Shown here: one piece after another, positions 11,993 through 23,503 of the stretch
How the letters are laid out: every line of letters starts with the position of its first letter
How positions within the stretch are numbered: the first letter of the stretch is position 1
DNA from: Alphaproteobacteria bacterium
Lineage (GTDB): Bacteria > Pseudomonadota > Alphaproteobacteria > SMXQ01
Assembly (NCBI GenBank): GCA_964229575.1
Contig: CAXRES010000173.1
Location: 1-52,253 of the forward strand
Direction of reading: 5' to 3'
DNA length: 52,253 nt
Program-made: the position numbers and the translations under genes
Notes under the pieces: model-generated
The model's input: the letters and a program-made list of their open reading frames with translations, nothing else
Told to the model about the DNA's origin: nothing
The model's database searches: none

Positions 11993-12673
11993 TCAACGGG
12001 CCGTGACGACGAAGCAGGCGGCCCCTTGCGCCTTCAGCGAACCGCAGGCTTTGCGGGCATCGCCGTTGCGCGTGAAGGGCCCGAGACGAGCCAGCTGGAA
12101 GGTGCCGCGATCGCCGAGCTTCGCTTCGCTCACGATGATGTCTCGGCCCTCGATCAGACCGGCATGGGCCTTACGGATTTCGGCGATGTATTTCTGCGCC
12201 ACGACCTTGTCGCGGAAGGCGCCGATCTGCACCCAGCTGCCGCGCGACTCGCGCTTCGCCGTTTGCGATTTCCCTGTCTTTGCCTTGCTTTCCTCCCCCG
12301 GCACAGACGCCGCTTCGGCCGGCGGCGAAAGATCGGTGGGCGCGGCGGCGACCTGCGTTCCGCTCGGGGCGGGCGGCGACTGCCCCTCGCGCAATTCCTT
12401 CGCGAGTTTCATTGCCTCGGCTTGCGATGCCTTCTCCCGTCGGAAGACGGCTTCGTCGCTTTCCAGACAGGCGAACCAGTATTCCGATCCGGTCTGGCGC
12501 TGCAGCAGCGGCCAGCGGTCGAACCTGGCGCATTCCCGCTTGGCGGTGCCGACCGCGTCCTGATGCGACCAGGCCTCGACGACGGCCTGCTGCTTGTTGG
12601 CGATCACCGTCTGCGGCGCGCAGGCGGCGAGAAACATGGCCGCAGAAACGGCTAAAAATGTGCGATGCATCAT
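11993..12673 (-). CDS. SPOR-domain lipoprotein
   Basis: Lipobox MMHRTFLAVSAAMFLAAC. Low-complexity Pro/Ala linker. C-terminal SPOR-like repeat (SWVQIGAFRDKVVAQKYIAEI...ARLGPFTRNGDARKACGSLKAQGAACFVV). Confidence 0.85.
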   Translation of the reverse strand: MMHRTFLAVSAAMFLAACAPQTVIANKQQAVVEAWSHQDAVGTAKRECARFDRWPLLQRQTGSEYWFACLESDEAVFRREKASQAEAMKLAKELREGQSPPAPSGTQVAAAPTDLSPPAEAASVPGEESKAKTGKSQTAKRESRGSWVQIGAFRDKVVAQKYIAEIRKAHAGLIEGRDIIVSEAKLGDRGTFQLARLGPFTRNGDARKACGSLKAQGAACFVVTAR

Positions 12674-12816
12674 GCACCTCCGGTTCCAGGCGCGGGAGTC
12701 CCTGCCCGCATCCCCAAGCTGAAACGGGGAAACGTCTGTCGGAGGCTATCTCAACGCCGATAGGGTTAAAATCCGCTTAAGCACATGAGGAAACAATCCT
12801 AACCCACTAAAAATGT

Positions 12817-14178
12817 TCACTTGCATGTCACCGCCGTGGCATCCGCCCCGTCCCCCGGATAGGCCACGGTGCAGGCCATCCCGGGCTTGAGGGCAGACCG
12901 CTTCGCCGCCTTGCCGGCGATAGTGACCTGGGTCCGGTTGCCGGAAATCTTGGCCTTGTGCGCGACGCCCTTGTTGGCGAAGGAGATTTCCCGTCCGCCG
13001 TTGTCGACCGCCGTCAGCACGGTTTCGGCCCTGAGCCCCTCGCCCACCAGCTTCCTGGCGAGCTTCGCCAGTTCCTCATCCGACAGCGCCTGCCCCGGCA
13101 GGCCGTACTTCACGCGAAGTTCATGGGTGAACCTGGTGATCTCGGCGCCGGGATAGCTCGTGTCGCGCACCAGCCGCGTGACCTCCTCCGCCGTCTGGGT
13201 GCCGAAATCGGGGCTCAACTGCCGACGCCCCTCCTTGACGAAGTCGGGATCGGCGACCGCCTTCCTGAAGGCCTCGCGGTAGGCGGCGACGACATCGGCG
13301 GCCGTGCCGGGCGGCACGGCGTACCACTTGTCGATCTGGTTCGAATCGGTCCAGTAGGCAAACGAGTCCCTGGCGACGCCCGTGAGCTTGCCCGCGATCA
13401 ACTGGTGCATGGTGGGCACGCCGGGCGAGGACGCCCGCGGCACGACCTTGCCGTCGCGCATTTCGCCGATCTGAACGATTTCGGTGAATCCGCCCTGCTT
13501 GCGCAATCCTTCGAGCATGGTGAGCGCCGAGGTCCCCATCGCGTCGATTTCGCCGCGCCTGAGCGCCAGCAGCATCGCCGAGGTGCCCGGATAGCCGACC
13601 ACGAAGCGGATGTTCCAGCCGAGCATCTCCGCGCCCCAGCACAGCATTTCCTCCCATGTGCCGGTGCCGTCGCCGGTGCCGATCACCACGGCAGGCCGCG
13701 AGCGGTCGGCAAGGTTGGCCTGCTTGCCCACGTTCATCACCACGATCGAGCCGCCGCGGGCGATCCCGCCGATATAATGGAAGGTGCGCGGATCGTATTT
13801 CACCGTCGACTGGCGCAGGGCCTGGGCGTCGATATAGGCGTTGCCGCCGCCCATCCAGTAGGTGCCGTCGCGCGCCGCCTCGTTGGCGAAGTAATTGGTC
13901 GCCTGCACGCCGTTGCCGGCGGGCATGTTGCGATAGACCGTGCGCGGGTGGCCCGGCAGGTATTTTTCGAGATAACGGCCGACCAGCCGTGTGCTGAGGT
14001 CCGTGCCGCCGCCGGGCGTGGCGCCGATCAGCGCATTGAGCCGCTTGCCGGCGAGGTTCACCTCCGCCGCGGCGGGCCCCGCCGCCGCCGCCCCAAGGGC
14101 GATGGCCGCGGCCAGCGCCGCCGCCGTTCCCATGCCCATTCGCCGCGCGGGCGCACCTGTCGCATGTTTCGCGATCAT
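12817..14178 (-). CDS. Bug/TctC-family (tripartite tricarboxylate transporter) periplasmic binding protein with extra C-terminal domain of about 70 aa
   Basis: 453 aa. Ala-rich signal peptide. TctC-type motifs IGATPGGGTDLSTRL, YRNMPAGNGVQA and VVGYPGTSAMLLALRRGEID. GGGAGA Shine-Dalgarno (SD) before the ATG. C-terminal extension ends ...TQVTIAGKAAKRSALKPGMACTVAYPGDGADATAVTCK. Confidence 0.85.
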   Translation of the reverse strand: MIAKHATGAPARRMGMGTAAALAAAIALGAAAAGPAAAEVNLAGKRLNALIGATPGGGTDLSTRLVGRYLEKYLPGHPRTVYRNMPAGNGVQATNYFANEAARDGTYWMGGGNAYIDAQALRQSTVKYDPRTFHYIGGIARGGSIVVMNVGKQANLADRSRPAVVIGTGDGTGTWEEMLCWGAEMLGWNIRFVVGYPGTSAMLLALRRGEIDAMGTSALTMLEGLRKQGGFTEIVQIGEMRDGKVVPRASSPGVPTMHQLIAGKLTGVARDSFAYWTDSNQIDKWYAVPPGTAADVVAAYREAFRKAVADPDFVKEGRRQLSPDFGTQTAEEVTRLVRDTSYPGAEITRFTHELRVKYGLPGQALSDEELAKLARKLVGEGLRAETVLTAVDNGGREISFANKGVAHKAKISGNRTQVTIAGKAAKRSALKPGMACTVAYPGDGADATAVTCK

Positions 14179-14253
14179 CGCTGTCTCCCTGCTCCCTGTT
14201 GTCCGGCCCCGATATCGCGGCCTGAAAGGACAGGCGGCGATCCGAAGCGTCTG

Positions 14254-15612
14254 TTATCGGCAGACCAGCGCGCTCGCCTGCGCGCCGTCGCCGGTGTAGG
14301 TGATCTTGCAGGTCATGCCGGCCTTGACCTCGTTGCGCCTGGCCGACTTCCCGGCGATCTCGATTTTTGTGCCCGAAGTGCTGACGGTGGCGCGGCGGCG
14401 TTCGCCCTTGTCCTTGAACACCACGGCGCGGCCTTCGTTCTGGACTTCATCGAGCACCGATTCGACCGTCAGTTCCGCACCCTGCAGCTTCTTGCGAAGT
14501 TGCGCGAGCTGCTCTTCGGAAAGTGGCTCGGCCGGCAGGCCGGCCTTGACCTTCACGTCTGTCAGAAAATCGTGGACTTCCTTGCGCGGATAGGAAGTGT
14601 TGGCGATCAGATCGGCGACGTCCGCCGCGCTCTGGCGGGTGAAGTCCTCGCTGAACTGGCGCTTGCCCGCCTTCACGAATTCGTCGTCGGTGAACAGCTT
14701 GTCGAAGGCCGTACGATAGGCGGCGACCATCGGCTGCGGCGTGCCTTCCGGCAGGGCGAACCACTTGTCGATCAGGTTGGAGCGCACCCAGACGTCGACC
14801 GCCTCGCGCGCCAGACCCTGAACCTTGCCCTCGAACAGCGCGGCGCCGGTCGGAGCATCGGGGAATTCCTGGCGCGGCCCGACGCGGCCATCGCGCATCG
14901 TGCCGATCTGGGCGAGATAGGCGAAGCCGCCCGCCTTTTCCGTCTGGCGCAGCAACTGGCCGGTGGAGGTGCCGAAGGCGTCCAGTTCGCCGCGCCGCGC
15001 GGCGAGCGACATGGTCGGGGCGCTCTGGTAGCCGATGACGAAGCGGATGTTCCAGCCGAGCAGGTGGCGGCCGAGCGCGATCAGCTCCCCCCAGGTGTCC
15101 TGGCCGCTCGCCGTGCCGACGATGACGGGCTTGGCCGTGGGATCGGTCAGTCTGGCAAGGCTGTCCTTGCGGATCATGATGACCGAACCGCCGCGATTGA
15201 CGCCGCCGATGAACTGGAACTTGCGCGGATCGTATTCGACCTGCGCCTTTCGCAGCGTGTTGGCGTCCGTATAGGAGACGCTGCCCGCCACCCAGGCGGT
15301 GCCGTCACGCTTCGCCTGGTTGGCGAAGTAGTTGACGGCCTGGATTCCGTGACCGGCCGGCATGTTGCGAAAGTTCATGCGTGGCTTGCCGGGCAGGTAC
15401 TTCTCCAGATACTGGCCGACCAGCCTGGCGGTGCCGTCGGTGCCGCCGCCCGGCGCGTTGCCGATGATGACGTCGATGCGCTTGCCGGCGAGCGTCGTCT
15501 CCTGGGCGGAGACGGACTCCGCGAGCGGCGGCAATGCAGCGAACGCGAGGACGGCAAACGCGAGAATGAAAGCGATACGCGTGCGCGGAAACGGAAACGG
15601 AAACGGTGTCAT
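14254..15612 (-). CDS. Bug/TctC-family periplasmic binding protein with extra C-terminal domain (tandem paralog)
   Basis: Internal ATG at 15612 with an AGGAGG SD (MTPFPFPFPRTRIAFILAFAVLAFAALPPLAESVSAQE). The track ORF start at 15882 is rejected because it reads through tRNA-Val. Motifs IGNAPGGGTDGTARL and FRNMPAGHGIQA. Tail ends ...TKIEIAGKSARRNEVKAGMTCKITYTGDGAQASALVCR. Confidence 0.85.
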   Translation of the reverse strand: MTPFPFPFPRTRIAFILAFAVLAFAALPPLAESVSAQETTLAGKRIDVIIGNAPGGGTDGTARLVGQYLEKYLPGKPRMNFRNMPAGHGIQAVNYFANQAKRDGTAWVAGSVSYTDANTLRKAQVEYDPRKFQFIGGVNRGGSVIMIRKDSLARLTDPTAKPVIVGTASGQDTWGELIALGRHLLGWNIRFVIGYQSAPTMSLAARRGELDAFGTSTGQLLRQTEKAGGFAYLAQIGTMRDGRVGPRQEFPDAPTGAALFEGKVQGLAREAVDVWVRSNLIDKWFALPEGTPQPMVAAYRTAFDKLFTDDEFVKAGKRQFSEDFTRQSAADVADLIANTSYPRKEVHDFLTDVKVKAGLPAEPLSEEQLAQLRKKLQGAELTVESVLDEVQNEGRAVVFKDKGERRRATVSTSGTKIEIAGKSARRNEVKAGMTCKITYTGDGAQASALVCR

Positions 15613-15692
15613 GGACGGCCTCCTGTTTCGTCGCGGGAATTTCGCTGGCGCGCATTCCCTGTTCGCTCGTTTTGCGGAACGGCCCCGGCGGG

Positions 15693-15768
15693 TGGTGGGC
15701 GGTGACGGGCTCGAACCGCCGACCCTCTCGGTGTAAACGAGATGCTCTTCCAGCTGAGCTAACCGCCC
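15693..15768 (-). tRNA. tRNA-Val (anticodon TAC)
   Basis: Hand-folded. Acceptor GGGCGGT/ACCGCCC, D-arm GCTCAGCTGGAAGAGC, anticodon stem-loop TCTCG-TTTACAC-CGAGA, T-arm GGCGGTTCGAGCCCGTC. Encoded CCA. Confidence 0.95.
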
Positions 15769-15878
15769 CGGGACCGAATCCGCCCGGTGTTCATTCCATA
15801 AACCAACGATACGTGAAGCCCGGGCCCGCGCAAACGCCAAAAATTGCCCGCATTCCCCGAGGCCCGGCCGCGCCGCGG

Positions 15879-15917
15879 ACAAACGAAAAGGGCCGGTCGC
15901 GTTCGCGGCCGGCCCTT
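15879..15917 (-). terminator. Rho-independent terminator downstream of hupB
   Basis: On the minus strand, a GC stem AAGGGCCGG...CCGGCCCTT (15888-15917) is followed by TTTCGTTTG. It begins 20 nt after the hupB stop. Confidence 0.75.
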
Positions 15918-15937
15918 CTGGAAATCGGGGTGCGAGA

Positions 15938-16210
15938 CTAGTTCACCAGATCCTTCAGACCCTTGCCCGCCTTGAACTTCGGCTGCTTGGACGCCGGGAT
16001 GTTGATGGTAGCGCCCGTCCGGGGATTACGCCCCACGGAGGCCTTGCGCTGCACGACATTGAACGTGCCGAAACCGACCAGACGAACGTCGTCGCCCTTC
16101 TTCAGCGCGCTCGAAATCGAATCGAAAGTGCAGTCGACGGCCTTCGCGGCGTCGGCCTTCGAGAGGCCAGTGCCGTCAGCAACTGCCGCCACGAGATCAT
16201 TCTTGTTCAC
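15938..16210 (-). CDS. hupB: DNA-binding protein HU
   Basis: GTG at 16210 preceded by AGGGGG. VNKNDLVAAVADGTGLSKADAAKAVDCTFDSISSALKKGDDVRLVGFGTFNVVQRKASVGRNPRTGATINIPASKQPKFKAGKGLKDLVN is a 90-aa canonical HU. Sits in the conserved position after lon. Confidence 0.95.
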   Translation of the reverse strand: MNKNDLVAAVADGTGLSKADAAKAVDCTFDSISSALKKGDDVRLVGFGTFNVVQRKASVGRNPRTGATINIPASKQPKFKAGKGLKDLVN

Positions 16211-16380
16211 TTGCAACCCCCTATTAGTGAGAATTTTTGGCCACGGCATAAATGAAAGCGCATTTACGCAAATAAAAGTCTAGGCATCCCGGACCGGAGC
16301 CGTCAATCGGAGAAGGGCGGTTTTCAACAGAATTTTAGGCATCCGCAGACGATGTCATTCCATAAGACCGCGCCGTCTGC

Positions 16381-16414
16381 ATAAAGAAAGGGCCGGTTTT
16401 TAACCGGCCCTTTC
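16381..16414 (-). terminator. Rho-independent terminator downstream of lon
   Basis: Perfect 13-bp stem GAAAGGGCCGGTT/AACCGGCCCTTTC (16386-16414) with a 3-nt loop, followed on the minus strand by TTTAT. Confidence 0.8.
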
Positions 16415-16451
16415 ATGGTGTTAGCAAGGTTGCTTTCGATACGGATGCGCG

Positions 16452-18866
<2,415 letters not shown>

Positions 18867-18982
18867 GAAATCCCTTCCAACTGGCTTCTACGGGGCGCGC
18901 ATCCCTGGGGATCACGCGCCTGAAACACCATAACCGGCCCCCCTTGGAGATTGGTTAAGCGGGGACCGAAACGCCCGGCTGC

Positions 18983-19028
18983 CACCAAAAGCAACCGGCG
19001 CGCCACAACACTATGTGGCGCGCCGGTT
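18983..19028 (-). terminator. Rho-independent terminator downstream of clpX
   Basis: Perfect 15-bp stem AACCGGCGCGCCACA/TGTGGCGCGCCGGTT (18993-19028) with a 6-nt loop, followed on the minus strand by GCTTTTGG. Confidence 0.85.
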
Positions 19029-19061
19029 GGCCAAATCAAGGGGTGCGGAAACGGGCCGGTT

Positions 19062-20327
19062 TCAGGCACTCGATCCCAGGTCCTCGCGACGGTCGGCATA
19101 GATGTAGAGGGGCTTGGCGCGGCCCTCCACCACCTCGCGGTTGATGACGATTTCCTCAACGCCTTCCAGGGAAGGCAGCTCGAACATCGATTCGAGCAGG
19201 ATGTTTTCCATGATCGAGCGCAGGCCGCGCGCGCCAGTCTTCCTGGCGATCGCCTTCTTGGCGATGGCGCGCATCGCGTCGTCGGAGAAGCTGAGTTCCA
19301 CGCTGTCCATCTCGAACAGGCGCTGGTACTGCTTGACCAGCGCGTTCTTGGGCTCGGTCAGGATCTGCACCAGCGCGTCCTCGTCGAGATCGTCGAGGGT
19401 GGCGACCACCGGCAGGCGACCGACGAATTCCGGGATCAGGCCGAACTTGAGCAGGTCCTCGGGCTCGACCTCGCGCAGCAATTCGCCGGTCTGGCGGTCC
19501 TCGGGCGCGCTCACTTCGGCGCCGAAGCCGATCGAGGTCGACTTGCCGCGGGCCGAGATGATCTTTTCCAGCCCGGCAAAGGCGCCGCCACAGATGAACA
19601 GGATGTTGGTCGTGTCCACCTGGAGAAATTCCTGCTGCGGATGCTTGCGCCCGCCCTGGGGCGGCACGGAGGCGACGGTGCCTTCCATGATCTTGAGCAG
19701 CGCCTGCTGCACGCCTTCGCCCGACACGTCGCGGGTGATCGACGGGTTGTCGGACTTGCGGCTGATCTTGTCGACTTCGTCGATGTAGACGATGCCGCGC
19801 TGGGCCCGCTCGACGTTGTAGTCGGCCGCCTGCAGCAGCTTGAGGATGATGTTTTCCACGTCTTCGCCCACATAGCCCGCTTCGGTCAGCGTCGTGGCGT
19901 CGGCCATGGTGAAGGGCACGTCGATGATGCGCGCCAGCGTCTGGGCGAGCAGCGTCTTGCCGCAGCCGGTCGGGCCGATCAGAAGGATGTTCGACTTCGA
20001 GAGTTCGACGTCGTTGGCCTTCGAGCCGTGGGCGAGGCGCTTGTAGTGGTTATGCACCGCGACAGAGAGCACCCGCTTGGCGTGCTCCTGCCCGATCACG
20101 TAGTCGTCGAGGACGGCATTGATGTCCTTGGGCGAAGGCACGCCGTCCTGCGAGCGGACGAGCGTGGTCTTGTGCTCCTCGCGGATGATGTCCATGCACA
20201 GTTCGACGCATTCATCGCAGATGAACACGGTCGGCCCGGCGATGAGCTTGCGCACCTCGTGCTGGCTCGTGCCGCAGAACGAGCAGTACAGGGTGTTGCG
20301 CGAATCTCCGCTCGCCGACTTGGTCAT
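19062..20327 (-). CDS. clpX: ATP-dependent Clp protease ATP-binding subunit ClpX
   Basis: Internal ATG at 20327 ([44 protein letters not shown], the zinc-binding domain). Walker [16 protein letters not shown]. 421 aa. Confidence 0.97.
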   Translation of the reverse strand: MTKSASGDSRNTLYCSFCGTSQHEVRKLIAGPTVFICDECVELCMDIIREEHKTTLVRSQDGVPSPKDINAVLDDYVIGQEHAKRVLSVAVHNHYKRLAHGSKANDVELSKSNILLIGPTGCGKTLLAQTLARIIDVPFTMADATTLTEAGYVGEDVENIILKLLQAADYNVERAQRGIVYIDEVDKISRKSDNPSITRDVSGEGVQQALLKIMEGTVASVPPQGGRKHPQQEFLQVDTTNILFICGGAFAGLEKIISARGKSTSIGFGAEVSAPEDRQTGELLREVEPEDLLKFGLIPEFVGRLPVVATLDDLDEDALVQILTEPKNALVKQYQRLFEMDSVELSFSDDAMRAIAKKAIARKTGARGLRSIMENILLESMFELPSLEGVEEIVINREVVEGRAKPLYIYADRREDLGSSA

Positions 20328-20431
20328 GGCCACTCCGTTACGACACCGTCCCGCCCCATCCTGGGACGAGAGTCCTGTTTCATAAGCCTGTTTGCCACTT
20401 CCCTCCCCCCGTGACAACGAAAAAAGCGGCG

Positions 20432-20440
20432 TTATCCACA
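20432..20440 (+). promoter_or_regulatory. Perfect DnaA-box consensus 9-mer (TTATCCACA) in the clpP-clpX intergenic region
   Basis: Exact match read in the sequence, about 105 nt upstream of the clpX start. It is a single site and its function is untested. Confidence 0.3.
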
Positions 20441-20648
20441 GGGCAACCCCAACATACGGCGGGGAAAGCGGCGACCGATACAATATAGGCGGGGTCGGAC
20501 GCCCCTTCAACCGGGGCGCCCGGACGGGCCGGCGCCGGCGGGGCAGGCCCGGACACCGAGCGGAAGTTTAGGCCAACCGCCTCAAAATTCGGTTAAGCGG
20601 GAAAAGCCCCGAACGGGCGGATTGCGGCCTTGCGGCGCGAAATGCGGC

Positions 20649-21284
20649 CTACTTGCCGTCCTTGCCGCCCGGCGTCGGGCGGGAGATGACCACCTCGTCG
20701 ATCAGGCCGAAGGCCTTGGCCTCTTCGGGGGTCATGAACTTGTCGCGTTCCACGGCCTGGGCGATGACGTCGACGTTCTGGCCGGTGTGCCGCGAATAGA
20801 TTTCATTGAGGCGCTGGCGCAGGGCAAGGATTTCCCGCGCCTGGATCTCGATGTCGGTGGCCTGGCCCTGGGCCCCGCCCGAGGGCTGGTGGATCATGAT
20901 GCGCGAATTGGGCAGGCAGTACCGCTTGCCCTTGGCGCCCGCCGCCAGCAGGAGCGAGCCCATGCTGGCCGCCTGGCCGATGCACACGGTGGAAACTTCC
21001 GGGCGGATGTATTGCATGGTGTCGTAGATGGCGAGGCCGGAAGTCACCACGCCGCCGGGCGAGTTGATATAGATCGAAATGTCCTTGTTCGGGTTCTCCG
21101 CCTCCAGGAACAGCAGCTGGGCGCAGACCACCGACGATACCGCGTCGTTGACCGGACCGACCATGAAGATGATGCGTTCCTTGAGCAGGCGGGAATAGAT
21201 GTCATAGGCGCGCTCGCCGCGGTTGGTCTGCTCGACCACCATCGGGATCAGGCCCTGCATGTAGGTTTCGATCGGATCGCTCAT
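20649..21284 (-). CDS. clpP: ATP-dependent Clp protease proteolytic subunit ClpP
   Basis: 211 aa. [26 protein letters not shown]..., catalytic-Ser context [16 protein letters not shown], ...MIHQPSGG.... Confidence 0.97.
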   Translation of the reverse strand: MSDPIETYMQGLIPMVVEQTNRGERAYDIYSRLLKERIIFMVGPVNDAVSSVVCAQLLFLEAENPNKDISIYINSPGGVVTSGLAIYDTMQYIRPEVSTVCIGQAASMGSLLLAAGAKGKRYCLPNSRIMIHQPSGGAQGQATDIEIQAREILALRQRLNEIYSRHTGQNVDVIAQAVERDKFMTPEEAKAFGLIDEVVISRPTPGGKDGK

Positions 21285-21330
21285 GTCGTCCTCGGTTCGT
21301 CCTCGGTCGTGCTGGGGTGGCGGAATCCGG

Positions 21331-22863
21331 CTAGTCCTTGGCCTTCTTCTTCGAATCGGCCTTCTTCCCGGCGGGCTTCTTTTCGCCCTTGCCCTCGCCC
21401 TCTTCGGCGTCGGGATCGGCCATCAACTCGTCGGCGGTCACCGGCTTTTCATTAACCTTGGCCAGTTCGAGGATGAAGTCGACGACCTTGTCCTCGAACA
21501 GCGGTCCGCGCAGCTGTTCGCGCGCATGGGCGTTGTTCTGGTAGTACTCCACGACCTGGCGTTCCTGGCCGGGGAAACGCCGCGCCTCGTTGACGACCGC
21601 GCGGTTGATCTCCTCGTCGGGGACCTTGATGTTGTTGGTCGCGCCGATCTCGGCGAGCAGCAGGCCGAGCTTCACCCGGCGCTGGGCGATGTCGCGGTAT
21701 TCCTTCTTCAGGTCATCGGCGCTCTTGCCCGATTCCTCGAGCATCTGCTTGAAGCGCTGCTGGGCGATCAGGTCCGGACCTTCGTCGTGGTGATGGTGCC
21801 CGTGGTCATGCCCGTGATCGTGGCCTTCGTGATCGTGACCTTCGTGGTCGTGACCTTCGTGGTCGTGGCCTTCGTGATCCCCGTGATCAGGCGCGGGCGC
21901 CTCGCCGGAAACGCTGCGCCAGATTTCCCCGAATTCACCTTCGACCATGGCCGGCGGCAGTTCGAATTCCACCGAGTCGTTGAGCACGTCGAGCAGGTTG
22001 CGCTTCAGGCGCACGCGTGAAATCGCGCCGTATTCCTGGGTCAGGCGGTCGCGGATCGCCCCCTTGAGGGCATCGAGATTTTCGAGGCCGACGCCCTTGG
22101 CCATCTCGTCGTCGACCTTCATCGGACGGCCGGCGCGCAGTTCCTTGACCACCACGTCGAACTCGGCGTCCTTGCCCGCCAGTTCCTGGGAGCCGTAGTC
22201 GTCGGGGAACTTGACCTTGATGGTCGGCGACTGGCCCGCCTTGACGCCGATCAGCTGTTCGATGAAGCCCGGGATGAAGTTCCGGGAGGACAGTTCGAGC
22301 TGGAAGTCCTTGGCGGCGCCGCCCGGAAATTCCTTGCCGTCCACCTTGCCGGTGAAGTCGACCAGGATGGCGTCGTCGGCCGTCGCGGCGCGGTCTTCCT
22401 CGGTCTTCTCGTAGACCTTCTGCTCGGCGGCAATGCGTTCGAGCGCCTCGTTGACCATCTTGTCGTCGACCGAGACGACCATCTTTTCGACGTTGATCTT
22501 GCCGAAATCGGGTTGCTTGATCTCGGGCATGACATCGACCGTCATGGTGTAGACGAGGTCCTTGCCCTCGTCGAAAGCGGTAATCGTCACCTTCGGCTGC
22601 ATGGCCGGACGGACCTTGTTGTCGGCAAGCGCGCGGGCGGAGGATTCGGAGATGGTGCGTTCCAGCACCTCGCCGATCACGGAACGGCCGTACTGCTTCT
22701 TCACCAGGGCGACGGGCACCTTGCCGGGGCGGAAACCCGGCATCTTCACCGTCTCGGCCAATTCGGCGATGCGGGCGTTGACCTTGTCGTCGATATCCTT
22801 GGCCGCCACGGTAACGGCAAACTGGCGGGTGAGCCCTTCGCTCTTGGTAACCTCGACCTGCAT
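21331..22863 (-). CDS. tig: Trigger factor, with His-rich insertion and Lys-rich C-terminal tail
   Basis: 510 aa. [28 protein letters not shown]..., ribosome-binding motif [12 protein letters not shown]-type middle domain. Conserved tig-clpP-clpX-lon order. Confidence 0.96.
   Translation of the reverse strand: MQVEVTKSEGLTRQFAVTVAAKDIDDKVNARIAELAETVKMPGFRPGKVPVALVKKQYGRSVIGEVLERTISESSARALADNKVRPAMQPKVTITAFDEGKDLVYTMTVDVMPEIKQPDFGKINVEKMVVSVDDKMVNEALERIAAEQKVYEKTEEDRAATADDAILVDFTGKVDGKEFPGGAAKDFQLELSSRNFIPGFIEQLIGVKAGQSPTIKVKFPDDYGSQELAGKDAEFDVVVKELRAGRPMKVDDEMAKGVGLENLDALKGAIRDRLTQEYGAISRVRLKRNLLDVLNDSVEFELPPAMVEGEFGEIWRSVSGEAPAPDHGDHEGHDHEGHDHEGHDHEGHDHGHDHGHHHHDEGPDLIAQQRFKQMLEESGKSADDLKKEYRDIAQRRVKLGLLLAEIGATNNIKVPDEEINRAVVNEARRFPGQERQVVEYYQNNAHAREQLRGPLFEDKVVDFILELAKVNEKPVTADELMADPDAEEGEGKGEKKPAGKKADSKKKAKD
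21814..21888. repeat. 15-bp tandem repeat (4 good units plus 1 degenerate) inside tig
   Basis: Units: GTGATCGTGGCCTTC, GTGATCGTGACCTTC, GTGGTCGTGACCTTC, GTGGTCGTGGCCTTC, GTGATCCCCGTGATC. On the coding strand they encode the HEGHD repeats. Confidence 0.9.
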
Positions 22864-23049
22864 CAGGTTCTCGCTTTCCTCTGCTTTAGGACTGGCCGGA
22901 CGGGGGCGGATACGCGCTGGTGCCCAAGCCGGGCGGCTAAGGCCTCGGCTGGGAGCCGGGTGCCGCCTGTCCGGATGAAAATTCCGGGTGGTGTTATCAG
23001 AATTTCCGCGCCCTTACCAGCCCGCGATATCCCCAGAAATTTCCAAGGC

Positions 23050-23073
23050 GAAAACCGCCGGAGGCTGCCCCGG
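23050..23073 (-). terminator. Possible terminator downstream of tRNA-Leu
   Basis: On the minus strand, a 6-bp stem with one G-U pair (CCGGGG CAGC CTCCGG) is followed by CGGTTTTCG. The hairpin is weak. Confidence 0.4.
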
Positions 23074-23093
23074 AAGGGGGCGCGAACAGGTCC

Positions 23094-23178
23094 TGGTGCG
23101 GGCGGAGGGGCTCGAACCCCCACGACTTTCGTCACTGGAACCTAAATCCAGCGCGTCTACCAGTTCCGCCACGCCCGC
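23094..23178 (-). tRNA. tRNA-Leu (anticodon TAG)
   Basis: Hand-folded. Acceptor GCGGGCG/CGCCCGC, anticodon stem-loop CTGGA-TTTAGGT-TCCAG, long variable arm, T-arm GGGGGTTCGAGCCCCT. Encoded CCA. 85 nt. Confidence 0.95.
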
Positions 23179-23321
23179 GCGACCGGCTCTATAGCACGGA
23201 CGACCGGCTCGCGGGACGGCAAATGGACATCGCGGCCGGCCCCGAACGGGAGCGGTCGAAGTCCCGCGTCTTCGGCGCGAGCGAGCGAGCGAGAGCGGAA
23301 CCACGGGGATGATTGCGCGCG

Positions 23322-23350
23322 CAAAAACAAAAAGCCCGCCGGAGCGGGCT
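23322..23350 (-). terminator. Rho-independent terminator, about 150 nt downstream of the small ORF 23504..23812
   Basis: On the minus strand, stem AGCCCGC / GCGGGCT with a 4-nt loop is followed by TTTTTGTTTTTGC. Confidence 0.7.
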
Positions 23351-23503
23351 CGATCAGTCGGGATGGTTCAGTGGGGATGCAAGGACGAAGAAAGCGCCGC
23401 TGCTTCGCCGGGTCCACGGGCCGGAAGCGCGACAACGGCGCCCCTCCCGCCTGCACCCGGGCGTCAGCAGCAAATCATCGGCGCGCGCGGGGCGCGGAGC
23501 AAC

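Noticed and set aside
15613-15882. N-terminal 90-codon extension of the second Bug gene (track ORF start at 15882).
   Set aside because: The extension reads straight through tRNA-Val (15693..15768). The internal ATG at 15612 has an AGGAGG SD and begins a proper signal peptide.
18867-18982. Looked for an RpoH (sigma-32) heat-shock promoter upstream of lon.
   Set aside because: The best candidate (CTTAAC-N16-CCGGTTAT) matches the consensus too poorly to report.
20328-20648. Weak GCCC/GGGC hairpin followed by TTTT just downstream of clpP, as a possible clpP-clpX attenuator.
   Set aside because: The stem is only 4 bp with a mismatch, which is not convincing by eye.
23277-23292. (GCGA)4 microsatellite downstream of tRNA-Leu.
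   Set aside because: It is only four units in a GC-rich spacer and has no associated feature. Probably insignificant.
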